Source of the DNA: Patescibacteria group bacterium
Lineage (GTDB): Bacteria; Patescibacteriota; Minisyncoccia; Phycocordibacterales; Phycocordibacteraceae
Direction: 5' to 3'
Length of the DNA: 64,000 bases
Assembly (NCBI GenBank): GCA_004322365.1
Contig: SCTS01000007.1
Location: 18,266 to 82,265, forward strand
Shown here one piece after another: positions 1 through 10,700 of this stretch (position 1 is the first letter of the stretch; each line of letters opens with the position of its first letter). The notes under the pieces were generated by a model, which saw only the letters and a program-made list of their open reading frames with translations, was not told the origin of the DNA and made no database searches. The translations under genes were made by a program, and so were the position numbers.

Positions 1-2767
1 CCCAGCTCGCGTACCACTTTAATTGGCGAACAGCCAAACCCTTGGAACCTTCTCCAGCTCCGGGATGTGGTGAGCCGACATCGAGGTGCCGAACTCCGCC
101 GTCGCTATGGACGCTTAGGCGGAACTAGCCTGTTATCCCCAGAGTAACTTTTATCCGTTGGGCTTCCCCTGCATCTAATGCATAAGGTCGGATCACTATG
201 CTCCACTTTCGTGTCTGCTCGACAAGTACGTCTCGCAGTTAAGCCAGCTTGTGCCATTACACGACCGGCACGGTTTCCATTCGCGCCTAGCTGACCTTTG
301 TAGGCTCCTCCGTTACTTTTTGGGAGGAGAGCGCCCCACTCAAACTGCCTGCCACGCACTGTCTCCCAGGTGTTTTGCCTGAGGTTAGAAATTGCAACAC
401 ATAAGAACGGTATTTCACTGATGAGTCCACGCCAACCAAGATCAGCGCTTCAACCTCTCCCGTCTATGCTACGCATATGCATCGCAATCCCAATACGAAG
501 CTACAGTAAAGCTTCTGGGGTCTTTTCGTCTAACTATGAGTAACCGGCATCTTCACCGGTATTGTATTTTCACCGAGCAAGTCCTCGAGACAGTTTCCAA
601 CTCGTTACACCATTCGTGCACGTCTGAACTTACCAGACAAGGAATTACGCTACCTTAGGACGATTATAGTTATCGCCGACATTGACCAGGGCTTATAAAG
701 TCCAGCACACAGTATTGCTACCATGCACCAACCTTAGTTGACCTTCTGGCATTGGTCAGGTGTCACCCCCTATACATCCTCTTGCGAGTTCGCAGGGAGC
801 TGTGTTTTTGATAAACAGTCGATTGGAAATCTTTCGCTGCGGCCTCCTAACTTAATAGGAGGCGGGCCTTATCCCGAAGTTACGGCCGCTGTTTTGCCGA
901 GTTCCTTGAGGACCTCTCACTCGTTCGCCTTGGTCTACTCGACCTGATCACCTGTGTTGGTTTGCGGTACGGTCTCTCGCTGGCTATAGCTTAGAAGATT
1001 TTCTTGGAAGCGTGCTCCATGGTATTCCTCCTGACGAATCAAGAAGTTTATGCTTCGCTTGGGGTAATGTATCCCGGATTTTCCTGAAGATACGCCCTCA
1101 CGCTACAAACACAAATCCAATTATGTGCACCATGTACAACCCTCCGTCTCTCCATCGCACCAGCGCGAGGTTAGGGAATATTAACCCTATGTCCATCGCG
1201 TTCGGCTTTCGCCATTTGCTTAGGCCCGACTAACCCTTGGCTGATTATCAGTGCCAAGGAAACCTCGATCTTTCGGCGTACGGGGTTCTCACCCGTATTG
1301 TGGTTACTTGTGCCGGCATTCTCACTTCCAAACGCTCCAGAATGGGTCACCCCTTATCCTTCATCGCGGTTTGGAACGCTCTCCTACCGCTCAATGCAAA
1401 CGGATTCGCATTAAGCCCTCAGTTTCGGTATCGTGCTTAGCCCCGATTATCTTCGGCGCAGAAGTTCTCGATGAGTGAGCTGTTACGCTTTCTTTAAATG
1501 GTGGCTGCTTCTAAGCCAACATCCTCACTGTCTTAGAACTTCCACTTCCTTGTGATGCACTCAGCACGAATTTAGGGACCTTAACTTGAGATCTAGGCTC
1601 TTCCCTTCTCGACATATGGAGCTTAGCCCCCATCGTCTAACTGCCTGACTGCGCTCGCCGGTATTCGGAGTTTGATAGGATCAACGAGATTGCTCCCTGT
1701 TTGATCCTTCCAGTGCTCTACCCCCGGGAGAAACATCAGACGCCAGCCCAAAAGCTGTTTCGGAGAGAACCAGCTATTACCAGGTTCGATAAGCTTTTCA
1801 CTCCTTGTCACAAGTCATCCCAAGACGTTATACGATCAACGGGTTCGGGCCTCCATCTGTCTTTCGACAAACTTCACCCTGCTCATGACAAGCTCACCTG
1901 GCTTCGGGTCTTACGCACGCGACTTTTCGCGCTATTCACACTCGGTTTCCCTTCGGCTCCGGGCTAACGCCCTTAGCCATGCCGTGTGCGTAAACTCGCC
2001 GGCTCATTCTTCAATAGGCACGCCGTCGAGGTGCATGCACCTCTTCGACTCCTTGTAGATGTGTGGTTTCAGAACTATTTCACTGTCCTCATCGGACTAC
2101 TTTTCACCTTTCCCTCACGGTACTGGTTCACTATCGATCTCTATAGATATTTAGCCTTGCCGGTTAGTCCCGGCAGATTCATCCAAGCTATTCATGTCTC
2201 GGATTACTCAAGAACGACAACAAGAAAGTGACTTTTGTTTCGCGTACGGGACCGTTACCCTCTAGGGTTCTGCTTCCCAGCAGATTCCGCTACAAAAATC
2301 ATTGATGACTTTCCTTCCATAAATGGAACGCTATCGCCTTACAACCCCCACGCATCACACTATGTACGATACTAAAACTTTTGAAGAATTTTATTTCTTC
2401 ATTTTTTTTGCATCACACACATTGTGATGCGTAGGTTTGGGCTTCTCCCGTTTCGCTCGCCGCTACTCGGGGAATTCCAGAATCCCGGTCCCTCGGCAAA
2501 AATAAATTTGCAGAGAGACCGAGATATCCTGTTGGTCTCTTTTCCTCTAGGTACTGAGATGTTTCACTTCCCTAGGTGCGCTTCTCGAACACGCGCTCGA
2601 GATATCTTCCGTAAGAAGATGGGTTTCCCCATTCGGACATTTTCGGATCAATGCTTGCTCGTCAGCTCCCCGAAACTTTTCGCAGACAGGCTACGTCCTT
2701 CATCGCTCTATAGAGTCTAGGCATCCACCACACACCCTTCAAACTTCCACGAGGAAGCTTGAAAACC
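1..2767 (-). rRNA. rrl: 23S rRNA gene (3' end runs off the window start; 5' end approximate)
   Basis: Reverse complement matches conserved LSU segments: peptidyl-transferase region (GATGTCGGCTCACCACATCC, GATAACAGGCT) and 5' GGTGGATGCCTAG near 2716-2740. No 16S gene lies upstream. Confidence 0.98.
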
Positions 2768-2830
2768 ACATAACGATTCTGTTCAATTACGAACAGTGAT
2801 TTTTATTATGCTCGGTGTTCTCTTTGTGAT

Positions 2831-2845
2831 GAGTTGTCAATGAAC
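2831..2845 (-). promoter_or_regulatory. boxA-like rRNA antitermination element
   Basis: Minus strand GTTCATTGACAACTC in the 23S leader resembles the boxA consensus (GyTCTTTrAmAA). Confidence 0.45.
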
Positions 2846-2961
2846 TGATTTCTGAGGGAACAAAAAAGGCCGCTTTTCGCGACCTCTGGTACAGGAGCTT
2901 AAAAGCTACTGTCTAGCGTCGCATTTCGCCTCTAGTGTTAGTACTCATAAACCTATGTAAG

Positions 2962-2990
2962 AGAATACGCCCCGAGCGAGCTTATGTCAA
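2962..2990 (-). promoter_or_regulatory. sigma70 promoter for the stand-alone 23S gene
   Basis: TTGACA-N17-TATTCT on the minus strand about 200 nt upstream of the 23S 5' end. Confidence 0.8.
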
Positions 2991-3218
2991 GGAAACGCGG
3001 GCTCGTTTGGCAAAATGAGCCCTCAGAAAGAGCTCTAAATAAAAAACCCTTTATTTAAAGGGTTTTACGGCAGAGCTTCTTTGGGCTGATTACCCTATCC
3101 ACAGGATTTCCACTCCTAATTAGGTGCTAGGTTTTAGGGACTAGGTTCTAGCTTTGACACAAAAATACCCCAAGGTTTTGCCTTAGGGTATTTAAATATA
3201 AGTTACTGTTACAAAAAT

Positions 3219-3434
3219 CTAAGATTGTTGGGGCTGAGAAATACTTAGCAACATTCCAACTTCTGTCTCTACACGATTCTTGTCATCGGGTGTAAGCGGT
3301 GAAAACATTCCCACCATCTGTTCGACAAGCGCATGTAATGCTTCTGGTCGTGACTGTCGGTCATTACGAGCTGTACGTATTTTTCGCGTAAGTTGCGCGA
3401 CTGGTTTTGAAAGTGGATGCAATCCTCGTTCCAT
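3219..3434 (-). CDS. small hypothetical protein (71 aa)
   Basis: ATG-started ORF flanked by terminator-like hairpins (3161-3193, 3476-3508); no recognisable motif. Confidence 0.5.
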   Translation of the reverse strand: MERGLHPLSKPVAQLTRKIRTARNDRQSRPEALHALVEQMVGMFSPLTPDDKNRVETEVGMLLSISQPQQS

Positions 3435-3475
3435 ACATCAATGCTACTTTCCCATTACAAAAGAGTCAAGAATAA

Positions 3476-3508
3476 AAAAACACCCGCTCATTTCTGAGTG
3501 GGTGTTTT
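3476..3508. terminator. intrinsic terminator hairpin
   Basis: AAAAACACCCGCTCA-TTTC-TGAGTGGGTGTTTT, downstream of the minus-strand membrane protein gene. Confidence 0.7.
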
Positions 3509-3520
3509 AAGCTGGAAGCT

Positions 3521-3552
3521 GTGATCCCTGCGGATCCGACGAGGCGTCGCCT
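3521..3552. repeat. 32-bp double-hairpin dispersed repeat, copy 1
   Basis: GTGATCCCTGCGGATCCGACGAGGCGTCGCCT; 31/32 identical to 6310-6341. Confidence 0.85.
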
Positions 3553-3569
3553 GACAGCTGGAAGCTTTC

Positions 3570-4277
3570 TTAGTTCTTGTGTCCAACTTCTGAACGAATT
3601 TTTTCGATGTAGCGAGCTGCTGCATCTTGACCACCGAGACCAAACGCAAGTCCGACTGCGAGTGATACCGCAATCACAATTCCTGTGAAGAGCGTCTGCA
3701 CAAAAGGAGTTGCGACTTGAAGTTGTGATAGAACAGCGAGGATTGTGAAAACCCAAATTGCCCACTTCGCAACATGTCCGGCAAGAGAAGCTGAGCGAAC
3801 GCCTGCTGCCTTTGCTGAACCAGTAACAATGTCTTTCGCAAATTGTGCGAGCATTGCACCAACAAGTACCATGAGTGCCGCAACAATTACTTGTGGCAAG
3901 TATGCGAGAACTACTGTCTGCAAGAAGACACTCACTTGTGTAAGTCCGAGAACTTCAAGTGCTGCCATCAAGAAGACGATAACGAAAAACCACTTCACTA
4001 AAGCACCGAGGAATGCTCCGGTATTCAATGTAAAACCAGCGCGCTCGACGAGATCGTTCAAGCCAGTCTTTTTGAGTGCTCCATCAATTTTGAGTGTACC
4101 CAAAACTTGTGAAATGACGCTACCAAGTGCTGCGCCCACAACCCATCCAAAAGCGAGAATAATAATCGCAACGAGTACATTTGGAACGAAGCTAACGAGC
4201 GTAAGCCAGAGATTCTGGAACGAATGCGTTAATACTTCTGCCCATGTTTGAATAATCATAGAGGTAACGTTATACAA
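3570..4277 (-). CDS. conserved TM-helix repeat membrane protein (CmpX / MscS-associated TM_helix type)
   Basis: Two 'F(V/L)PN/QV(L/I)(V/A)A' TM-helix repeats and C-terminal 'LAVGLAFGLGGQDAA'. Start may be ATG 4259. Confidence 0.8.
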   Translation of the reverse strand: MYNVTSMIIQTWAEVLTHSFQNLWLTLVSFVPNVLVAIIILAFGWVVGAALGSVISQVLGTLKIDGALKKTGLNDLVERAGFTLNTGAFLGALVKWFFVIVFLMAALEVLGLTQVSVFLQTVVLAYLPQVIVAALMVLVGAMLAQFAKDIVTGSAKAAGVRSASLAGHVAKWAIWVFTILAVLSQLQVATPFVQTLFTGIVIAVSLAVGLAFGLGGQDAAARYIEKIRSEVGHKN

Positions 4278-4437
4278 TAAATAAAATTAATAAACGGCTT
4301 TATTGCCTACTTAAAATGGTAGCACATTGTAGAGGTGCTGGAGGGTGGATGTGGATAGCAAAAGAAGGTTCTAGGGACTAGGTTTTAGGTGCTAGCTTTC
4401 GGATTTAAAGCTAGAAGCTAGCACCTGTAACCTGACC

Positions 4438-5004
4438 TCAACGGCGGCCAATGATGGTACGGTGTTTGAATTCCAAGACATCGCGAAGCATTCGGTCGCG
4501 TGCCTCAAGACGCTCGGCATACTCTTCCTTTTCTAAAACAGCGTAGCGAAGTGGAAGTGCAGACATGCGCTCAACAGCTCGTACTGATGTCGCAATGCGT
4601 GGATTGTTTGGTTTTTTAGTTACAATCAAAATATCAACCACTCCTCTCTCCTCTCCAGTAAGTACACCCGCAACAACGAGGAGCGTAATACCAGAGACAC
4701 CTCTGAATGCTGACGCAATTGAAGAATCTTCAGGGAGAGTTACGGAATCAAGAAATGTACGAAAAGGAACAGCAAACGGATGCGTTGTATTCAAACTCCA
4801 CAGTATATTTTTACCCTGTGTTCGTGAAGTGAGAATCCGATAATTCTTAAGTGCGCGTAATTCACGCACTGTGACGGCTTTTGGGATGCCTGTGGTGTTT
4901 GAAGCAACAAGGGTAGTTATACGAGAATCTGGCTGAAATAAGAAAAACTTCAAAAGCTTCAAACGCGGAATCGATGAGCAGAGTTGGATGATATCTTTGA
5001 ACAT
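4438..5004 (-). CDS. winged-helix DNA-binding protein fused to a degenerate nucleotidyltransferase-like domain
   Basis: N-terminal 'SIPRLKLLKFFL...VRELRAL' wHTH; C-terminal 'AGVLT...VDILIV' MNT-like strand. Start adjusted to ATG 5004. Confidence 0.6.
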   Translation of the reverse strand: MFKDIIQLCSSIPRLKLLKFFLFQPDSRITTLVASNTTGIPKAVTVRELRALKNYRILTSRTQGKNILWSLNTTHPFAVPFRTFLDSVTLPEDSSIASAFRGVSGITLLVVAGVLTGEERGVVDILIVTKKPNNPRIATSVRAVERMSALPLRYAVLEKEEYAERLEARDRMLRDVLEFKHRTIIGRR

Positions 5005-5196
5005 GCAGAGTATTGTACCTGCACCTTTCCGAAAGACCAAAAATCGCAGAAATGACAAAAAACAGCAAAAATCTCCGTATAGGTATAATTTAACGGTCGT
5101 TAAATTATACTATACAGTGCGGAGAACAACGGTGAGTGAATCGAAAAGAGGGAGTGAAAAGATCGGGAGAGCGGGTAAGAAAAAACTAATACATGA

Positions 5197-5231
5197 AATA
5201 AAAAACGCCCCACTCGGGGCGTTTTTTATTT
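5197..5231. terminator. intrinsic terminator after rplL
   Basis: AAATAAAAAACGCCCC-ACTC-GGGGCGTTTTTTATTT. Confidence 0.85.
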
Positions 5232-5247
5232 CAGATTTTAGAAAAAA

Positions 5248-5610
5248 TTATGAGAGCTCAACCTTTCCGCCTGCTTCCTCAATTTTCTTCTTGAGAGCTT
5301 CAGCGTCTTCTTTCTTCACACCTTCCTTCAAGACTGAAGGAGCGGCATCAATAAGATCTTTCGCTTCTTTAAGTCCGAGGGCAAGAGCTTCCTTAACTAC
5401 TTTGATGACGGCAATCTTTGTTGCACCTGCGTCAGTAAGTTTAATGGTGAACATTGATTTCTCTTCAGCTGCTTCACCTGATACTGCAGGACCTGCGGCT
5501 GCAACTGCTGTTGCAGAAACACCCCACTTCTCTTCTATTGCCTTGACGAGTGTATTCAATTCAAGGACGGTCATCTTCTCTACTGCTTCAATAACTTGTT
5601 CTTGTGTCAT
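5248..5610 (-). CDS. rplL: 50S ribosomal protein L7/L12
   Basis: '[21 protein letters not shown]...KIAVIKVVK...[11 protein letters not shown]...EEAGGKVEL'. Confidence 0.98.
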   Translation of the reverse strand: MTQEQVIEAVEKMTVLELNTLVKAIEEKWGVSATAVAAAGPAVSGEAAEEKSMFTIKLTDAGATKIAVIKVVKEALALGLKEAKDLIDAAPSVLKEGVKKEDAEALKKKIEEAGGKVELS

Positions 5611-5652
5611 GGTTAGATTTTGTTACGAACGGAGTGAGCTAGAAAATCTTCC

Positions 5653-5707
5653 ACCCTGTTAAATCCCGCCTTGCGGGACGCTTGCGTACAAGCGTATTTA
5701 ACAGGGT
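5653..5707. repeat. palindromic element with terminal inverted repeats and two internal hairpins
   Basis: ACCCTGTTAAAT...ATTTAACAGGGT enclosing TCCCGC-CTT-GCGGGA and ACGCTTG-CGTA-CAAGCGT. Confidence 0.75.
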
Positions 5708-5741
5708 TAACTAATTTATACTCGCTTCACTCGTTAAATTA

Positions 5742-6251
5742 CTAAACTTTGATCTTTCCTACTTCAGCAAGTGCTATCGCAAAACGCTGAATAGGAGAAT
5801 TAATAACATTGACGAACATACCTCGAAGTACCGAGACTGGAGGAATAGTAGCGACAGCAACAATTTCTGTTCCTGAGAGATACTTCCCTTCCAAGGCACC
5901 GCCGAGGAATACAAGCTTGCCCTTCAATTTCTTGACGAACGCTTGCAAACTTCTCGCTGGCGCTGTGATGTCGGACTCCACACCCTCTACTTCAGAGAGA
6001 TAGGCAAAAGCGACTTCACCAGTTAATTCTGGCATCTCACCAGAAAAACCTTTCGCATCGAGAGCCTTCTTCAAGAGCGTCTTCTTAACGACGGTGTACT
6101 TCACACCCTCGCCTTTGAGTGCATCTCGAAGTTCGTTTACTTCATGAACTGTCACTCCCCTAAAAGAAACAAAGACGATAGACACTGCTTTCGCGAGTGC
6201 GTCAGATGTTCCTTTCAAGAGTGACTCTTTTTTTGCTCGAGTAATGGCCAT
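5742..6251 (-). CDS. rplJ: 50S ribosomal protein L10
   Basis: 'MAITRAKKE...VVKKTLLKKAL...IATIPP'-type L10 motifs; directly upstream of rplL. Confidence 0.96.
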   Translation of the reverse strand: MAITRAKKESLLKGTSDALAKAVSIVFVSFRGVTVHEVNELRDALKGEGVKYTVVKKTLLKKALDAKGFSGEMPELTGEVAFAYLSEVEGVESDITAPARSLQAFVKKLKGKLVFLGGALEGKYLSGTEIVAVATIPPVSVLRGMFVNVINSPIQRFAIALAEVGKIKV

Positions 6252-6309
6252 ATTGAATAGCTTTCAGCTGCCAGCTGTCGGCTTTCAGCTTTAACTTCCG
6301 AAAAGCTGA

Positions 6310-6341
6310 GTGATCCCTGCGGATCCGACGAAGCGTCGCCT
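6310..6341. repeat. 32-bp double-hairpin dispersed repeat, copy 2
   Basis: GTGATCCCTGCGGATCCGACGAAGCGTCGCCT within the rplJ 5' UTR. Confidence 0.85.
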
Positions 6342-6376
6342 AAAGACTGGGAGCTTTATTGGTAATGCACAAATTT

Positions 6377-6466
6377 AGGAGTTTCGAGGCGGATCGACCG
6401 CACCCTCGACTTCGGTAGGTGGCTTGTGGCCATTGACCCTTTCGGGACCTACTGTCTCCAGTCGTG
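6377..6466 (-). promoter_or_regulatory. L10 ribosomal protein leader (autoregulatory RNA)
   Basis: Minus strand GAGACAGTAGGT...CCTACCGAAG matches the L10-leader core; located upstream of rplJ. Confidence 0.8.
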
Positions 6467-6528
6467 CTAGAAGCTAGACTACCACAAATCTAGCGATATA
6501 CGCAAACCACCCCCAGAGACAGCCCAAT

Positions 6529-6642
6529 TCAAGCTGATTTTGCCGCTACCCCAAATACAGTAAGAAAGATGAAGCTAATTAAAATTATGACCGAAAAAGC
6601 GAGGAGGAACCGAAAGAATCCGGGGGTAAAAAACTTTTTCAT
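6529..6642 (-). CDS. small single-TM protein, 37 aa (MKKFFTPGFFRFLLAFSVIILISFIFLTVFGVAAKSA)
   Basis: Manually translated ORF below the track cut-off; basic N-terminus plus hydrophobic helix. Confidence 0.55.
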   Translation of the reverse strand: MKKFFTPGFFRFLLAFSVIILISFIFLTVFGVAAKSA

Positions 6643-6761
6643 CCCGTTAGAGGCAGGATGCCTCTGGCATCCGTAAATTATGCAAAGCGAGTAAAGATAG
6701 AACCGCAATCATCATTCTATTGTACGATATATTTTTCATAACGCTCAGGCCTCTAACGGGA
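6642..6761. mobile_element. 120-bp MITE-like element
   Basis: 12-bp TIRs TCCCGTTAGAGG / CCTCTAACGGGA flanked by TTCA direct repeats (6638-6641, 6762-6765). Confidence 0.75.
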
Positions 6762-6773
6762 TTCATGTCCCCG

Positions 6774-7559
6774 CTACTGTGGAAGTCGTGCAATCTCTAC
6801 TCCAATCGACTCTACATGCGCAACATCATTTTGTTCTCGGGCTATTGCCAACGCTTTCGTGAATGCATCGCGCGCTTTTACCATGTCTCCAGTGTCGCGA
6901 TAATACCCTCCAAGCATTATGAGCGGATCAGGATTTGCGGGAAACTTTTTTGATGCTGAAAGTAGGATATCTACAACTAGAGTTGTATTTTGCTTGTAGA
7001 GATAGCGATAGAGTTCGTGAAGTTCGAAGTAGGGCGTAATTGAATTTGGATTTACTTGAATGGATTGCTTAAAATAACTCTCTGACTTTGGGAAATCCTT
7101 CAAATCAAACTTGTAGAGTTTGCCGAGATTGTCGTACGCCGTAGAAACTCCTGGAGCGGGGACTGCCTTCAAAAGAAATTCCCATACACCTTTTGCACCC
7201 TCGTAGTCGTTTGCACTGTGATACAAAACGCCGAGTGTAAACCAATCATCCGCCCGATTCATATCTTTCTTCAAACGAGCTATCACGCTGTCAGCATTCT
7301 TTTGAATCGCAACCCGAGCTACGGGTGGAACTGAAGCGCCAAATTGAATCCCCCGCTCAAGGCTTGGCGCCAAATCTTTTATTTGTACCTCCGATTCAAG
7401 TTCGATAGTGTAATTTGGTGTCGTCGTTGCTCCGTCAAAAGTTATCGTGCTGTCATTCGTTTCTGGACTTTTTTGTTTAGAAGCAACATAGGCAATACCA
7501 CCGAGGACAACAATAACAACAAGAACGCCTCCAATAAACAATAGTGTTTTTGATTTCAT
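6774..7559 (-). CDS. membrane-anchored tetratricopeptide repeat protein
   Basis: N-terminal TM helix; TPR-like 'WFTLGVLYHS...AYDNLGKLY...LIMLGGYYRDTGD..KARDAFTKAL'. Confidence 0.85.
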   Translation of the reverse strand: MKSKTLLFIGGVLVVIVVLGGIAYVASKQKSPETNDSTITFDGATTTPNYTIELESEVQIKDLAPSLERGIQFGASVPPVARVAIQKNADSVIARLKKDMNRADDWFTLGVLYHSANDYEGAKGVWEFLLKAVPAPGVSTAYDNLGKLYKFDLKDFPKSESYFKQSIQVNPNSITPYFELHELYRYLYKQNTTLVVDILLSASKKFPANPDPLIMLGGYYRDTGDMVKARDAFTKALAIAREQNDVAHVESIGVEIARLPQ

Positions 7560-7629
7560 ACATTCATTCTAAACCAACGAATCCACTAATACAAAGAAAC
7601 GAAGACTGAAATCACCTTACTGAGATACG

Positions 7630-7661
7630 CAAAAACCCACCCCGTGAGGGGTGGGTTTTTG
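7630..7661. terminator. intrinsic terminator
   Basis: CAAAAACCCACCCC-GTGA-GGGGTGGGTTTTTG downstream of the large surface protein gene. Confidence 0.85.
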
Positions 7662-7710
7662 TTGCTAACCCAAATGTGTTAGCTGGATTCCGAAGATTTC
7701 GGAATAAGGC

Positions 7711-10700
7711 TTAGTGCGAGCGAGTCGCAAACAAGCCACCTGCTGGAAGACCTGAGACACCGTAACCGTTTGTCCAGTCCTGATCTGCACGAACCGCTGT
7801 GGTTGTGGAGTTAGGAGACCAAACGAATACGTTATCCGATGAACTCACACCTGAAGCCGAAGCAATGAGGAGTGGGTTTGCGCCAACTGCAGCTGCAGTT
7901 GATGGGAACGCTGAAGATCCGAGAAGCTTCGTTGTTACCGACGCACCTGTAGCACTACCCGAGATCGAGCCACGGACCTCGAAGTATCGAGTACCGCCTG
8001 CAGGAATCTGGATAGATGTTGCTGTACCAGCTGATGTTGTAACACCAACTACTACATTGCCTGTACCTGGAACGGTTGCATCGTCAGTTGCCTGGAGGTC
8101 ACCGCTCGTGCTGATACCCGAAATTGCTTGCGAGTATGCAGAGTCGCTGAATCCGTAGATCGTGACGTTTGTAACCGAAGCAGTTGTTGTTGCGAGGTTA
8201 AGCGCAAACTGTGTGATGCCAAGGGGACCCTTTGCATCAGCAGTTACCTTGAATCGCATAAGGCGACCATCGGTAAGACCCGTTGTGCCGTTGATTGTTG
8301 AATCAAGAGCGAACGTTGGGAACGACTTCATGATGCGAACACCTGATGAAGCCGATGAACCTGATGGGTAGATAGTACTGCCTGAAGAAGCACCAGTACC
8401 TTCTGAGTTCAAGTAATCAACTGCCAAAAGGTGACCAGAGAATGCAACAGCTTCACCAGTGCCGACATTGTTGAGGTCAGCCTTGATGGTAAGAGTTACA
8501 TCTGTGTTCTTTTGAAGTGAGACTATTGAAGTCAATGTTGAAGTTGCCGAAGCGTTCGAACCTGAGAAGTATGCCTCGCCTACCTTTGTTGCACCATTCC
8601 AAATCGTTGCCTTTACGAGGTCAGACGATGAAGATGAAGCTGTGTTGGTAAGAGTAAGGCCGACTTTCGTCAAGTTGACTGCTTCGTTTGAAGCACGGAA
8701 CTTAAGTGCGCCGACAACTACATCAGTTGAGCCAGCTGAAACGAGCGCGAAGCTTGGGCTTGACGCATCGAGAGCAACTGTAGCAGAACCGGCAGCGACG
8801 GTCATCGTGACTCCAGAGTCAGATGTGTCAGTGCCTGTGATTGTTGTACCTGAAGTTGCACCTGTGAAGGTGTAGGCAGAAGCTGCACCTGCATCCCATG
8901 CCCATGTACCATTGTTCGTTGCCGAACCAGAGACATTACATTTGATACCGATAGTCTTAACTGTACCTTTTGCAACAGTAACAGGGTTATCAAGTGTGAA
9001 TGTCTGAGTTGCACCTGTTGAACCTGAAGGATTTACAACATTCGAACCTGTCGAAAGCTGTGTTGTACCGTCGTACGCTGCACAAGCTGTGAGTTCAGTC
9101 ACCGCTGCGCTACCACCGAAGGTGAGCGTAGTAGGAATTGAAGAGAATCGTACATCTTCACCTGACTGCGTTGCATCGTACTGGAAGTTTACAAACAAAG
9201 TTTGTGAGCCACCAGCAGTGATGTTCTGCGAAGCAGGAGATGTAGCGAGACCAACTGCAACTGCACCTGCCTTCACGGTCATGGTGTTCATAGTGAATGT
9301 ACCATTCGATGAAAGTGAGATTGTGTTGCCAGTTGTTTCACCCTTGACATTGGTCCATCCAGACGAAGGAACTGTGGTGACAATATATGTACCACCGTTT
9401 CCGATGTTTGAAGCAACCTTGCCACGGAGTGTGTAGACACCTCTTCCAACCTTGTAGGTGATTGAGTCAGTGAAGGTAGCTGTTTGAGTCGTTGCTGATG
9501 CATATACAGCATCAACAGGACCTGCAACTACTGCACCGTTCTGATCAACAATCGTAAGATTGGTGAGGAGGCCAGTACCTGAACCAGTTGTTGAAGCGAT
9601 TGTGAAGACAGTTGACTGAACAGTCATTGCCTCACCCTTCAAGTCAACTACATAACCGCCGAGAGGCTGATTAGGAAGGTTGATTGCGATGTTCTGCGCA
9701 GGAACTTCGTTTGCCTTGCCGATCGATGTAATCGATGCGCCAGAGACAGTTACCTGAGTAGCGTATACGAACGGAGTTCCGCTCGTAATGGTGATCGTAC
9801 CGCGTGATGAAGGAACAGCAGATGAACCTACTGCTGGCGAAACGCCGTAGCCGTAAGTCTCACCTGTTGCGTAGATATCTGTAGTCTTGTCAACATCGAA
9901 GACAACAGTGCGGTTAGCCGCACCTGCGCCAATGATGTCGTACTGAACATAGAGATCAACTTGATTTCCCTTTGGAATAACTACACCTGAACCGAGGTTC
10001 GTGTTGTAGTATTTTCCGTCTGAAGAAACAGTCGCTGGGTATGCTGTTCCGTTAACAACTGTCATTACATTTGCAATGTCAGTAGCTGATACGGAGCCAG
10101 TTTGATTCCAACGGATGCTCTTGAGGCGGAGATCCTCAGCAGATCCCGCTGTAAGGCGAAGACCTGTTGCCTTGAATGCGGTTGTACCAATTTCCTTCGT
10201 TTGGTTCGAGTTTGAAGCGAACGCATTTGAAGTATTCAAGGTAATTGAACCAACAGTCAAAGTTGCATTGTTTGTGTTATGAGCGCCGACGATTGGAAGT
10301 GAGCCAGAAACGGTTGCTGAAGTGTTAACTGCAACAAGCGCGAGTCCTGGAGCTTCACCTGTGTACGAAGTGAGTGACGAAGCCATGTTTCCTGCAATGA
10401 GGAAAGTCTTTGTCGTTCCCTTTGCAACAGTGAAGGTACCACCGACAACTGTCTGGTGATTTGAATTCAATGTCTTTGCGATACCAAGCTGCAAGCCAGT
10501 TGACTCATCGATGAGGACGATACCAGCAAAAGCTGCATCCTGACCGAGTCCGTCTTTCTGGACCGTAACTCCGTTCACCACTACATCGCCATCAGCGCCT
10601 GCAGTGAGTGTGAAGCGAGTAAACGGAACGCGCGATGCACCTTGTGGTGAAAGCGAGTTTGCTGGTTGTGTACCTGCTGCGACAGCAAGGCCAGTACCTG

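Noticed and set aside
105-2720. ORFs listed within the first 2.7 kb
   Set aside because: They overlap the 23S rRNA gene and are shadow ORFs; none has a homing-endonuclease motif suggesting an intron.
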